32,000 nucleotides of DNA from a bacterium (GTDB taxonomy: Bacteria; UBP7; UBA6624; JBBIMK01): NCBI GenBank assembly GCA_037444445.1, contig JBBIMK010000010.1:30911-62910 (forward strand). Reading direction: 5' to 3'. The notes below the pieces were generated by a model. That model did not search any database, was not told where the DNA came from, and saw only the letters and a list, made by a program, of their open reading frames with translations. Positions 17,740-25,691 of the stretch are shown one piece after another; the first letter of the stretch is position 1, and each line of letters starts with the position of its first letter. The translations under genes and the position numbers were made by a program.

Positions 17740-19230
17740 ATGTGCGGGATAGCGGGAGTTTTTTCAGTGAAGGAGCGGGCACCGGAAGCCGCCATTCTCT
17801 GCCTTTTTGCTCAGCAGCATCGGGGGCAAGAATCGTGTGGAATTGTCTATTCCGGGGGTGATACCCTGCGAATTCAGAAAAATATGGGGCTCGTCCGCGA
17901 GGCTTTTCGTGAGGGTGAGGAAAAAAAACTCCACGGCCGGGTGTGCATCGGGCATGTTCGCTATCCCACGCAGGGGAATGTAGATGTGAAGAATGCCCAG
18001 CCCCACCTGATTGACCTGAATGGTCATACTCCTTTCGCCATTGCCACCAACGGTGACATCGTGAATTACTACACCACCCGTCATCTTCTGGAATCGGCTG
18101 GAATTTCCTTTTACAGCGAGAATGATGGAGAGTTATTAGGGAAGTTCATCGGTTATCAGATGGTTAACCGGGGGTTAAGCCTGCTGGAAGCGGTGCGCAG
18201 GATGATGGAGGAAGTGAAAGGGGCGTATTCCGGGGTTCTTGCCACGCCCGCACAATTATGGGTATTTCGTGACCCATTGGGCGTTCGCCCCCTCGTCTAT
18301 GGATATATGAAAGAAACTGGATGTCACATTTTTGCCTCGGAGTCCGTGGCGCTGGATATTCTGGGTGCGGATTATCGCAAAACCGTTCAGCCTGGTGAAA
18401 TCATAATCGTGGACGAAACAGGGATTCATTCCGAGCGAGGGGTGAAATTTCTCCCTCCTCATCACGCTCATTGCGTATTTGAACTCATCTACTTCTCTCG
18501 TCCGGACAGCCTGATTTTTGATACGCCGAAGCCGGAGAAGGGGCTGTTTGGAAAGCCCCCTTCAGACGGCTCCCATCCCTGTTACATTCATGGATTCCGA
18601 AAACGACTGGGGAAGAAACTGGCAGAAAAAGATAGGGTAAAAGCGGATGTGGTGATTGGCATTCCTGACTCTGGCACTTTCATTGCGATGGGCTATTCAG
18701 AGCAATCGGGTATTCCGTTTTCCATCGGGCTGGTGCGAAGCCACTATGTGGGGCGGACTTTCATCCGACCGGAACAGCGATACAGGGACCAGGATGTGCG
18801 GGAGAAATTTAACCCCGTCCCGGGATTCTTTGAAGGCAAAAAAATCATCGTCGTGGATGATTCTATCGTGCGGGGCACCACGATGAAGCAAATCATTGCC
18901 ATGATTCGGGAAGCAGGAGCGAAGGAGGTTCATCTCCGCATCGGCTCTCCGCCCATGCGGTATTCTTGCTTCTACGGTATTGATACACCCAATCGGGAGC
19001 ACCTCATCGCCAATATCGCAGGCATGCAGAAGAACGCACGCCTGGAAAAGATTCAACAGGAGGTGGGGAAGTTCCTCGGTGTGGACTCATTACTGTATCT
19101 ATCTCTGGAGGAGTTAAGAGAAATTGCCCGCCCCCTGGACCAGTTCTGCTATGCCTGCTTCAGTGGGCAGTATCCCATGGGGGTGAAGGATAAACCCCCA
19201 ACAAAACTTCAGGTGGCAAGCCGAAAGTAG
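17740..19230 (+). CDS. purF: Amidophosphoribosyltransferase (Fe-S type)
   Basis: It has the Ntn nucleophile 'MCGIAGV', the PRPP loop 'IIVVDDSIVRGTT', and the cluster Cys residues in 'CVFELIYFSRPDS', 'CFYGIDTP' and 'CYACFSGQYP'. Confidence 0.95.
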   Translation: MCGIAGVFSVKERAPEAAILCLFAQQHRGQESCGIVYSGGDTLRIQKNMGLVREAFREGEEKKLHGRVCIGHVRYPTQGNVDVKNAQPHLIDLNGHTPFAIATNGDIVNYYTTRHLLESAGISFYSENDGELLGKFIGYQMVNRGLSLLEAVRRMMEEVKGAYSGVLATPAQLWVFRDPLGVRPLVYGYMKETGCHIFASESVALDILGADYRKTVQPGEIIIVDETGIHSERGVKFLPPHHAHCVFELIYFSRPDSLIFDTPKPEKGLFGKPPSDGSHPCYIHGFRKRLGKKLAEKDRVKADVVIGIPDSGTFIAMGYSEQSGIPFSIGLVRSHYVGRTFIRPEQRYRDQDVREKFNPVPGFFEGKKIIVVDDSIVRGTTMKQIIAMIREAGAKEVHLRIGSPPMRYSCFYGIDTPNREHLIANIAGMQKNARLEKIQQEVGKFLGVDSLLYLSLEELREIARPLDQFCYACFSGQYPMGVKDKPPTKLQVASRK

Positions 19231-19249
19231 GATGATGAATGCCCTTGTA

Positions 19250-19267
19250 GCGTGCGATACAGCACGC
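19250..19267 (+). terminator. Hairpin downstream of purF (weak terminator candidate)
   Basis: GCGTGC-GATACA-GCACGC forms a 6-bp stem that can be extended with one bulge. The downstream sequence is only loosely T-rich (..TATTGATTTTC). Confidence 0.25.
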
Positions 19268-19328
19268 CTATAACGGTATTGATTTTCATCCTGTAGTATA
19301 ATTAGGAGACGGTGGTAGTGGAAGGATT

Positions 19329-19400
19329 GCCCTCGTCGTCTAACGGTCAGGACACCACTCTTTCAAGGTGGCAACGGGGGTTCGACTCCCCCCGAGGGCG
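19329..19400 (+). tRNA. tRNA-Glu (anticodon UUC)
   Basis: The cloverleaf folds by hand: acceptor GCCCTCG/CGAGGGC, D-arm GTCT..AGGA, anticodon stem CCACT/GGTGG with loop CTTTCAA (TTC), T-arm GGGGG-TTCGACT-CCCCC. The sequence is close to canonical bacterial tRNA-Glu. CCA is not encoded. A TATAAT lies at 19297-19302. Confidence 0.9.
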
Positions 19401-19440
19401 CTACGAGGTGAAAGGAAAAACAGGAAAGGGGGAAGAAGAA

Positions 19441-19761
19441 ATGGCAAGGGAGTTCAGGAGACAAATTTTTGTTTGCACGAAAGAAACTTTTGATGGATGC
19501 TGTGCCCAGAAGGGTGCTCTGGAGGTGTTCAAAGCCCTACGGGAAGCAGTCCGGCAGGCGGGCATCGCAGATGTGCTGGTCTCCGGGTGCGGATGCACGG
19601 GGCAGCATTCCACCGGACCCACCGTGATTGTTCACCCGGACGGCATCTGGTATCAGCAGGTGAAGCCTGAGGATGTGGATGAAATCGTTCGGGAACATCT
19701 TCAGGGCGGAAAGCCTGTAGAACGGCTGGTCAATCCCCAAATGAAAGTCATCCGGGAGTAG
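19441..19761 (+). CDS. Thioredoxin-like [2Fe-2S] ferredoxin
   Basis: I prefer the internal ATG at 19441, because the longer ORF-track version overlaps the tRNA. 'IFVCTKE..GCCAQKGA' and 'SGCGCTGQHSTGPTVIVHPDGIWYQQV..DVDEIVREHL..G..VERL' match the (2Fe-2S) ferredoxin-domain family. Confidence 0.75.
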   Translation: MAREFRRQIFVCTKETFDGCCAQKGALEVFKALREAVRQAGIADVLVSGCGCTGQHSTGPTVIVHPDGIWYQQVKPEDVDEIVREHLQGGKPVERLVNPQMKVIRE

Positions 19762-19789
19762 CCCTTTGAAGATGGATACATAGAGGAAG

Positions 19790-20308
19790 ATGAAGCGAAT
19801 ATATCGGAGCCGTAAGGAACGCATTCTGGGTGGCGTGTGCGGTGGAATGGGGGAGTATTTAAATGTGGACCCGGTAATTCTCCGTCTTCTGTTTGTTCTT
19901 CTGGTTTTCGCCGGTGGGGCCGGGGTTATCCTGTATATCGTCGCCTGGATGATTATCCCCGAGGGGTCCGCAGGGACGGAGAAAGCACCATCCTTTTCAA
20001 CCGGTGAGAAATCCACTGACGCCGTGGTGGAAGGTTTTGTCCGGGAAGTAGAGGAGGCGGCGGAACAGGTAGAGAAACGCCTGGAGCAGGCGGTAGAACG
20101 CCTGGAGAAAAAAGGCGCCTCTACCACCCCTCAGCGTGTCATTGGTATCTTTTTGATTCTCACCGGTATTTTCCTGTTTTTGACGAAGTTTGTGGACCTT
20201 TCCTGGATATGGGTGTTCTTCTGGCCCCTCCTGCTGGTCGTCCTCGGATTATTGCTTCTCCTGAGTGCCTGGCGGGCGGAAAGCCGCCGCACCCTAAAGA
20301 AATTATGA
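19790..20308 (+). CDS. PspC domain-containing membrane protein
   Basis: 'RIYRSRKERILGGVCGGMGEYLNVDPVILRLLFVLLVFAGGAGVILYIVAWMIIPE' is the PspC signature. It is followed by a coiled acidic segment and two further TM helices. Confidence 0.85.
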   Translation: MKRIYRSRKERILGGVCGGMGEYLNVDPVILRLLFVLLVFAGGAGVILYIVAWMIIPEGSAGTEKAPSFSTGEKSTDAVVEGFVREVEEAAEQVEKRLEQAVERLEKKGASTTPQRVIGIFLILTGIFLFLTKFVDLSWIWVFFWPLLLVVLGLLLLLSAWRAESRRTLKKL

Positions 20309-21216
20309 ACTTTGGGCGCCTCAACATCGGCCTCTTGCTGGTTTCCGCAGGTATCCTCATTTTTTTCATCCAGCAAGGGCGTCTCACCTGGGGAGTATTT
20401 CTGGATATGGCTCGTTTCTGGCCTGTTTTCCTCATCGCTTTAGGGGTAGAATTCCTGTTCAGGAAAACCCGCCTGTGGCTTCTGACCCTTCTCTCTCCCC
20501 TTTTGCTGATGGGCGTTTTCTGGGGTGTGGTCTACAGCCATATGCATGGAGAAGAGGGGCTCCCTCTTCCTTATGCTTTTTTTCGCCAGCAGGGGGAAGA
20601 AACCTCCTGGTCCTTTCCCCTGCCTTCAAAAATCGCTCCCTGGTCTCTTACACTCATTTTTGAGGCGGGAAAATTGAACCTGCAAAGCCCTTCTCCCGAA
20701 GAGAACCTGGTCTCTGCAAACTTCTCCTTCACAGGTGCAGAGCCGAAAATCTCCACCTCCGAATCAGAAGAAGGCGTGGAGATTGTGTTCTCCTCCCCTT
20801 CTGTCGGAAGAGGCTATCAAAAGAAATGGGGAGTCAAAGTGTCAGAGAAAGCCCCTCTGAATCTATCGGTGGAAGTCAATGCTGCACGAGTTCAACTCCA
20901 CCTTCAGAGGGTTCCATTGAAATCCCTGTCGCTGGATGCCAATGTCAGCACGGTGAACATCTGGCTGGGCGACAAAACCCGGGGAGAAGCAGATGTGAAT
21001 ATGAAGGCGAATGTAACTTCTCTCATCGTGGTTGTGCCTGAGGAGTGCGGGTTTTCCCTTTCTCCTGAAACCACTTTATCCGCCACAAATATTGAGCGAT
21101 TGAAACTGAAAAAGAAGGAAGGACGGCAGGTCTCCTCTAATTACGACACCGCCGTTTGCCGATACCAGATGAGCATTCAGGCAGATGTTTCACGCTTTCG
21201 TCTTCTCACCGAGTAA
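20305..21216 (+). CDS. LiaF-like membrane protein with a C-terminal Toastrack-type (DUF2154/DUF4097-like) beta-strand domain
   Basis: The start ATG overlaps the pspC stop (ATGA at 20305-20308). The N-terminal TM bundle is 'LNIGLLLVSAGILIFF...FWPVFLIALGVEFLF'. The C-terminal half consists of repetitive beta segments ('LNLSVEVNAARVQLHL', 'LSLDANVSTVNIWLG', 'ADVNMKANVTSLIVVVPEE'). Confidence 0.55.
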   Translation: MNFGRLNIGLLLVSAGILIFFIQQGRLTWGVFLDMARFWPVFLIALGVEFLFRKTRLWLLTLLSPLLLMGVFWGVVYSHMHGEEGLPLPYAFFRQQGEETSWSFPLPSKIAPWSLTLIFEAGKLNLQSPSPEENLVSANFSFTGAEPKISTSESEEGVEIVFSSPSVGRGYQKKWGVKVSEKAPLNLSVEVNAARVQLHLQRVPLKSLSLDANVSTVNIWLGDKTRGEADVNMKANVTSLIVVVPEECGFSLSPETTLSATNIERLKLKKKEGRQVSSNYDTAVCRYQMSIQADVSRFRLLTE

Positions 21217-21231
21217 GCCAGCGTGCGCTGA

Positions 21232-22146
21232 ATGCGAGCGGGGAAGCATCCTGCCCCTGAAGAGAATTCGGAAATGTGGTATGATGAAAGTGCGATGGCA
21301 GGAATCGTGTCATTATGGGAAGCCATGCGTCCTCGTCAGTGGGCGAAGAATCTTCTGCTGTTTGCTCCCTTGATTTTCGCCAATCGCTTCACGGAACTTC
21401 CCCTTCTCTACACCACATTTCTGGCTTTCCTTCTGTTTAATCTCCTCTCCAGTGCAGGATATTTATATAATGATGCTATGGATGTGGAGGCGGACCGGAA
21501 GCATCCGGTGAAAAGAGATAGACCCTTAGCCAGGGGTGCACTCCCTCTGGATGTGATTCTCACATTTTCTTTCCTCTTCGCCCTCGCGGGTCTCCTCCTC
21601 TCTTTCCTCCTTGACCGTGAGTTTGGATACGCATCCGCCGGGTATTTTGCCTTTTCTTTACTGTATTCCCGGCTGATGAAGAATATCGCAATTGTGGAGA
21701 TGCTCATAGTGTCGCTGGAATACCTGCTTCGGGTAGCTGCGGGAGCCTTTGCCATTGAGGTGGTTGTTTCTCCCTGGCTGTTATTATGCACCTTTCTTCT
21801 GGCTCTGGTTCTGGTGGTGGGGAAGCGGAGAGCGGAGTTAAATCTGATGTCTGCCCGCCCCGTCCTTTCCTTTTACTCCAACCCTCTGCTGGACCAGTTT
21901 CTTGCCATTGCCGTGGCTTCAGCCCTGGTGGCGTATTCATTTTATACATTTCAGTCACCCCATACCCGCTGGCTGATGCTCACCATCCCGTCGGTGGTAT
22001 ATGGGCTGTTTCGGTATCTCTACCTGATTTATCGGGAGGACAAGGGTGGAGCCCCTGATGAAGAACTCCTTTCTGATAAGCCCTCTGTGGTTAATTTGCT
22101 CCTCTGGCTCTTCCTGGTGGTTCTGGCATTTCGCCTGGGGAGGTGA
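21232..22146 (+). CDS. UbiA-family prenyltransferase, decaprenyl-phosphate phosphoribosyltransferase-like
   Basis: 'RPRQWAKNLLLFAPLIFA' and 'YLYNDAMDVEADRKHPVKRDRPLARG' give the NDxxDxxxD motif of the DPPR-synthase clade. The protein is polytopic. The start is uncertain (ATG at 21232, 21274 or 21295). Confidence 0.8.
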   Translation: MRAGKHPAPEENSEMWYDESAMAGIVSLWEAMRPRQWAKNLLLFAPLIFANRFTELPLLYTTFLAFLLFNLLSSAGYLYNDAMDVEADRKHPVKRDRPLARGALPLDVILTFSFLFALAGLLLSFLLDREFGYASAGYFAFSLLYSRLMKNIAIVEMLIVSLEYLLRVAAGAFAIEVVVSPWLLLCTFLLALVLVVGKRRAELNLMSARPVLSFYSNPLLDQFLAIAVASALVAYSFYTFQSPHTRWLMLTIPSVVYGLFRYLYLIYREDKGGAPDEELLSDKPSVVNLLLWLFLVVLAFRLGR

Positions 22147-22149
22147 AGA

Positions 22150-22503
22150 ATGGGAAAAGGAATCTGGAAAAGATGGCTGGAGGGTTTGAGCGGAGTGTAT
22201 CTCTTTCGGAAATCGCAGAAGCCTCCATATAGCGTCAGCACTATCACCACGGATGCAGGGGCTCGGGAGAAAATGTTCGTGGTGGTGCTGACGGATGCAC
22301 AGTCGCATTCCACACCCCTGTTGCTGACTCACGATGAGAATCGGGCTCGTGCCCTGTCAGCCCGGATTCAAGCCGACATAGACGCATTGCCCGTTGGCGA
22401 GTTTGAGAAGCGATGGCTTTCCCCTCATCTACCTCCTTCCCTTCTATCAGAGACAACACCCGGGGAAGAGCCTCCGAGAAGAACGGGAAAAACTACCGAA
22501 TGA
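22150..22503 (+). CDS. Hypothetical protein (117 aa)
   Basis: A strong SD GGGAGGTGA overlaps the upstream stop codon, and the ATG follows 4 nt later. I recognise no family. Confidence 0.5.
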   Translation: MGKGIWKRWLEGLSGVYLFRKSQKPPYSVSTITTDAGAREKMFVVVLTDAQSHSTPLLLTHDENRARALSARIQADIDALPVGEFEKRWLSPHLPPSLLSETTPGEEPPRRTGKTTE

Positions 22504-22507
22504 GCCC

Positions 22508-22912
22508 ATGAGCCTGAGCCGTGCTCGTGAGACCGTCTTTCAGGTCCTGTGTGCCTTAGACCTGTCGCCAAGCTCCCCGAAGAAAGCCCTTTCTCTTTTC
22601 AATGGTTATGCCGCTCTTTCAGAGGATGAAAAAAAATATGCTGAAAGCCTGTTAACGAAAGTCTTCCGTTTCCGTCAAAAACTGGATGCCCTTTACAAGC
22701 CTCACCTGAAGCGATGGAAGGTAAGCCGTCTGGCTACGGTGGACAGAAATCTTTTACGCATTGCCTTACATGAAATCTTCTACGGGGATGTTCCTCCTCC
22801 TGTGGCAATTCATGAAGTTCTGGAACTGGCAAAGCGGTATGGAAACGAACAGTCCCCCTCCTTCATCCACGGGATTCTCGGCTCCATCTTGAAAAAGGCA
22901 AGCCGGAAATAA
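22508..22912 (+). CDS. nusB: Transcription antitermination factor NusB
   Basis: 'SRARETVFQVLCALD', 'LATVDRNLLRIALHEIFYGDVPPPVAIHEVLELAKRYG..QSPSFIHGILGSI'. I chose the internal ATG at 22508, because the longer ORF overlaps the preceding gene. Confidence 0.85.
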   Translation: MSLSRARETVFQVLCALDLSPSSPKKALSLFNGYAALSEDEKKYAESLLTKVFRFRQKLDALYKPHLKRWKVSRLATVDRNLLRIALHEIFYGDVPPPVAIHEVLELAKRYGNEQSPSFIHGILGSILKKASRK

Positions 22913-22966
22913 TCTGGAATGAATCAATCCAAAATTCTCAACAAATTCCAGGGGCTTGAATGCGGA

Positions 22967-22975
22967 TGTTATAAT
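22967..22975 (+). promoter_or_regulatory. Extended -10 element (TGtTATAAT) just upstream of the pilin-like gene
   Basis: A perfect TATAAT at 22970-22975 is preceded by TGt. It ends 10 nt before the ATG at 22986, which implies a very short or absent leader. Confidence 0.35.
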
Positions 22976-22985
22976 ACAGTGTGGG

Positions 22986-23831
22986 ATGAGGAAGTGGCTC
23001 ATAAAAGGTGGGAGTATAGGAGTCGTTATCGGGCTTCTACTGAGCGCCGTGTTCGCTGCCTACCTCATCTTCATCCGGATAAATCAGCCGGAACGATATG
23101 CAGGCGTCAGGGGGGACGCCTGGCGAGACCTGGATGTGAAGAAGGGCTTGAGGGTCATTTATGAAGCCCTCCGGGAATACTACCGGGAAAATGGGCAGTA
23201 CCCCATTTACATCTGGGGTGGAAGTTACCAGGCCTGGGAAGACGCCCTGACTACGGGAGCCTATAGCGAATTTGAGGACCCTCTGCTCAGCACGGGTGTC
23301 CTGACAAATTACCCGAAGAATCCTTACTTCCCGGAGGTTCGGGAAATCTGTGTTCAAACGGGTATGGACCCGCGTTTTGGGTGCCTTACTTCCCTGGGGA
23401 AATCCCGGACCGCGGGCGGGGAATATATGGGGAATATCCTCTCGGACAATCGCTTCCGTGCCCGAACTTCTCCACCGAAATCCGTAATAGAAAACCGCCC
23501 CGACTTATATTATGTTTACACAGGCGATACATCTTTTTGGACCGTTGACTGGCTCCCCGGCGAGTTCGGCTATCGTGCCCTGGACAGACAGCATTTTATC
23601 TTATTTGCTTATGGCAGTCGCCGGAACACTGGCCTGGACATTCTGAATCATGAAATGGGTGAAAAAGAAAGGCAGGGCGGGCTCTTGTCTCCCCCCAATG
23701 TTGCCTTCCTTTCCTCCCTTAAAGAAGGCGAGCCACTCCGATATGGAAATCCGGATGGGATTCCCGATGGGGTCATCCTCGTTTTTAACCAGGACGGACC
23801 CCTGATGGAATATTCCTATCCTCTGGAATAG
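22986..23831 (+). CDS. Bitopic membrane protein with a pseudopilin (GspG)-like ectodomain and no prepilin leader
   Basis: 'MRKWLIKGGSIGVVIGLLLSAVFAAYLIF' is a single TM helix. 'GLRVIYEALREYYRENGQYP', 'YPKNPYFPE', 'ILFAYGSRRNTGLD' and 'GNPDGIPDG' follow the order of pseudopilin hallmarks. The ORF track starts at the TTG at 22956, and the choice of start is uncertain. Confidence 0.55.
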   Translation: MRKWLIKGGSIGVVIGLLLSAVFAAYLIFIRINQPERYAGVRGDAWRDLDVKKGLRVIYEALREYYRENGQYPIYIWGGSYQAWEDALTTGAYSEFEDPLLSTGVLTNYPKNPYFPEVREICVQTGMDPRFGCLTSLGKSRTAGGEYMGNILSDNRFRARTSPPKSVIENRPDLYYVYTGDTSFWTVDWLPGEFGYRALDRQHFILFAYGSRRNTGLDILNHEMGEKERQGGLLSPPNVAFLSSLKEGEPLRYGNPDGIPDGVILVFNQDGPLMEYSYPLE

Positions 23832-24070
23832 GTTCCTTCGTTCACCCCCTGATGGGTAAAAAATATCTGATGGTTATCTTTCGGCTCTTATCTACCCATT
23901 CGTTTCGTGTGATGAGAAACTTATGGGTAAGAATTTGGAATGAAATCATCCAACTAACTCTTTACCAATCAGGGAGAAGGAAATGGTGGTGTTCAGAGCC
24001 TGAAGCCCGAAATGTCTTACGGAGGCCACTGGTGTTTCACATCTGGTTTATGTTATGATGAGAATAGACA

Positions 24071-24592
24071 ATGAGGTTGGAGGAGAAACGAGAGAAACTG
24101 GGGGAGTTCCTGAAAGGATGGAAAAGGTTATGGGAGGCCGTGTTTCCCTACCTTTCACTTTCCTATCCTGACCGTCCATTACCGACTACGGAAGAAGAAG
24201 AGCGGTATCTTCGGCTAAAAGGGGAGATTCTCCAGGCTTTCCCGTGGATTGAGGCCCACTTCTGGGAGCCGGAACTGGTGGAATCTTTTCGGAAGGCGAT
24301 GACAATAGCCAGTTCTCTGCGGGAACTGGTAGAAAACCCGGGCGGGAGAGAATTATTTCGCAAGCACTGGGGCATTGTGGACAATGGGTTGAACCTGACT
24401 TTTGGACGGCTGGAGCAGGAGGCGGAAGTCACCCGACACTTCCCCGTCCGTCTCCAGCGCTGGCTATATAAAGCCTTCCCTCCCCTGCTTCGCTTCATTC
24501 TGTTTCTGGTCATTTTTCTCCTCGCATTGTGGAAAGTTATGGAACTGGTGACTCCCTGGTTGTTGGAAAAAAATTTCCTTCTTTCGGGTTAG
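24071..24592 (+). CDS. Hypothetical helical protein with a C-terminal TM anchor
   Basis: The 173-aa product has a charged helical N-terminal ~140 aa followed by 'LLRFILFLVIFLLALWKVMELV'. The stop codon lies 3 nt before the PHP gene start. I recognise no family. Confidence 0.55.
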   Translation: MRLEEKREKLGEFLKGWKRLWEAVFPYLSLSYPDRPLPTTEEEERYLRLKGEILQAFPWIEAHFWEPELVESFRKAMTIASSLRELVENPGGRELFRKHWGIVDNGLNLTFGRLEQEAEVTRHFPVRLQRWLYKAFPPLLRFILFLVIFLLALWKVMELVTPWLLEKNFLLSG

Positions 24593-24595
24593 AGA

Positions 24596-25630
24596 GTGAG
24601 CCTTCCGTCTGCGTTTCATATCCATTCCATTTTTTCCGATGGGCGTGCAACACTGGACCGACTGGTAGAGGCGGCGAAACGCACGGGCACAAAAATCGTG
24701 GCGGTGGTGGACCACGACACGGTGGATAATCGTTCCTGGATGGGCTGGTATAAGGGATGTTTTATTCTATCGGGAGCCGAGATTACCCTGCGAAACGACC
24801 AGCATATCGTGGCTTTTGGGCTGGAGCGACTTCCCACGCCACGAGCAGAAAATGCTGCCACCGTGGCTCGCTTCCTGACAGACAAGCGAACCTTCAGTTA
24901 TATCGCCCATCCGGAGGACCCACCCTGTCCACCTCTTTCGTTGAAGGGATACCCTTTCCAGGAGTGGAAGCAGATGAGCGTATTCAACGGGATAGAAATC
25001 TGGAGCCTCGCTTCCAGCGCGAAGGGGTTCACCACCAACTTGTTGAAAGGGTGGCAGTTATACTGCCGAACCGCCTCCCTCCTGCCCCTGCCCGGCGAAG
25101 AGGTTCTTCAAAAATGGGATTCTGCCTGCTTTCAAAAGCCTTTTTACGCCCTGTGCGGGCTGGACGAGCATTCCTTGCCCTTCAAAAAACTCTGGCTGAA
25201 GGGAGAGATTTTCGGACTGGAGAAAAGTTTTTGCCTGTTGCGGAATTATCTGGATGTGAAGGAAGAGGAATTGAATACCCCGGAGCGGGGAGAATCTGCC
25301 ATCCTCCGATGCCTTCGGGAGGGGCGATTTTACATCGCTTTTGATGCCCTGGCTCCCGCTGGCGGTTTTTCCTTTGAGGTGAAAACGGAAGAAGGCACAT
25401 TCCCTATGGGCGGAACAGCCCGTTTTCGGGAGGTAGCCCAGCTATGGTTCAGGCTCCCTGTGTCCGCTGGTGTGAAGATTCTCCATAACGGAGTGATGAT
25501 GGCTTTTCACAGCGGAACCGAGTTCTTCGTAGAAGTGAAGGCACCCGGATGTTACCGCGCTGTGGTGTTCCATCACGGCCGCCCCTGGATATTCTCTAAT
25601 CCCATCTGGCTGACTCCCTCCCAGCCATAA
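24596..25630 (+). CDS. PHP-domain metal-dependent phosphoesterase (CehA/McbA-like)
   Basis: The gene has a GTG start. 'FHIHSIFSDGRATLDRLVEAAKRTGTKIVAVVDHD' and 'IAHPED' are PHP His/Asp motifs. The C-terminal ~120 aa look like a beta-rich accessory domain. Confidence 0.75.
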   Translation: MSLPSAFHIHSIFSDGRATLDRLVEAAKRTGTKIVAVVDHDTVDNRSWMGWYKGCFILSGAEITLRNDQHIVAFGLERLPTPRAENAATVARFLTDKRTFSYIAHPEDPPCPPLSLKGYPFQEWKQMSVFNGIEIWSLASSAKGFTTNLLKGWQLYCRTASLLPLPGEEVLQKWDSACFQKPFYALCGLDEHSLPFKKLWLKGEIFGLEKSFCLLRNYLDVKEEELNTPERGESAILRCLREGRFYIAFDALAPAGGFSFEVKTEEGTFPMGGTARFREVAQLWFRLPVSAGVKILHNGVMMAFHSGTEFFVEVKAPGCYRAVVFHHGRPWIFSNPIWLTPSQP

Positions 25631-25657
25631 AACTTCTTCCCCTTGCAGATTGATTTG

Positions 25658-25666
25658 TGGTATAAT
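25658..25666 (+). promoter_or_regulatory. Extended -10 element (TGgTATAAT) upstream of the Tyr-rich protein gene
   Basis: TATAAT at 25661-25666 is preceded by TGg. The SD GAGGGAGGTGA follows, and the ATG is at 25692. Confidence 0.35.
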
Positions 25667-25691
25667 GATAGTTGAGGGAGGTGATAGAAAT

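Noticed and set aside
18511-18588. PurF carries a ~20-aa insertion ('LIFDTPKPEKGLFGKPPSDGSHPC') relative to my memory of Bacillus PurF.
   Set aside because: It is probably a lineage-specific surface loop. The comparison is from memory only, and there is no functional inference to draw.
19312-19440. The N-terminal extension of the 149-aa ORF reads through tRNA-Glu.
   Set aside because: The extension is simply the translation of the tRNA gene (19329-19400). The ferredoxin homology begins at the internal Met at 19441.
19231-19800. I asked whether a genomic island is integrated at tRNA-Glu.
   Set aside because: There is no integrase, no duplicated tRNA 3' end (att) and no compositional break. 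The downstream genes are ordinary chromosomal ones.
23852-24058. A 68-aa ORF lies in the gap before the helical-protein/PHP gene pair.
   Set aside because: It is Trp/Arg-rich, has no SD and sits in an AT-rich region that looks like a promoter or leader. I kept it only as part of the note on that gap.
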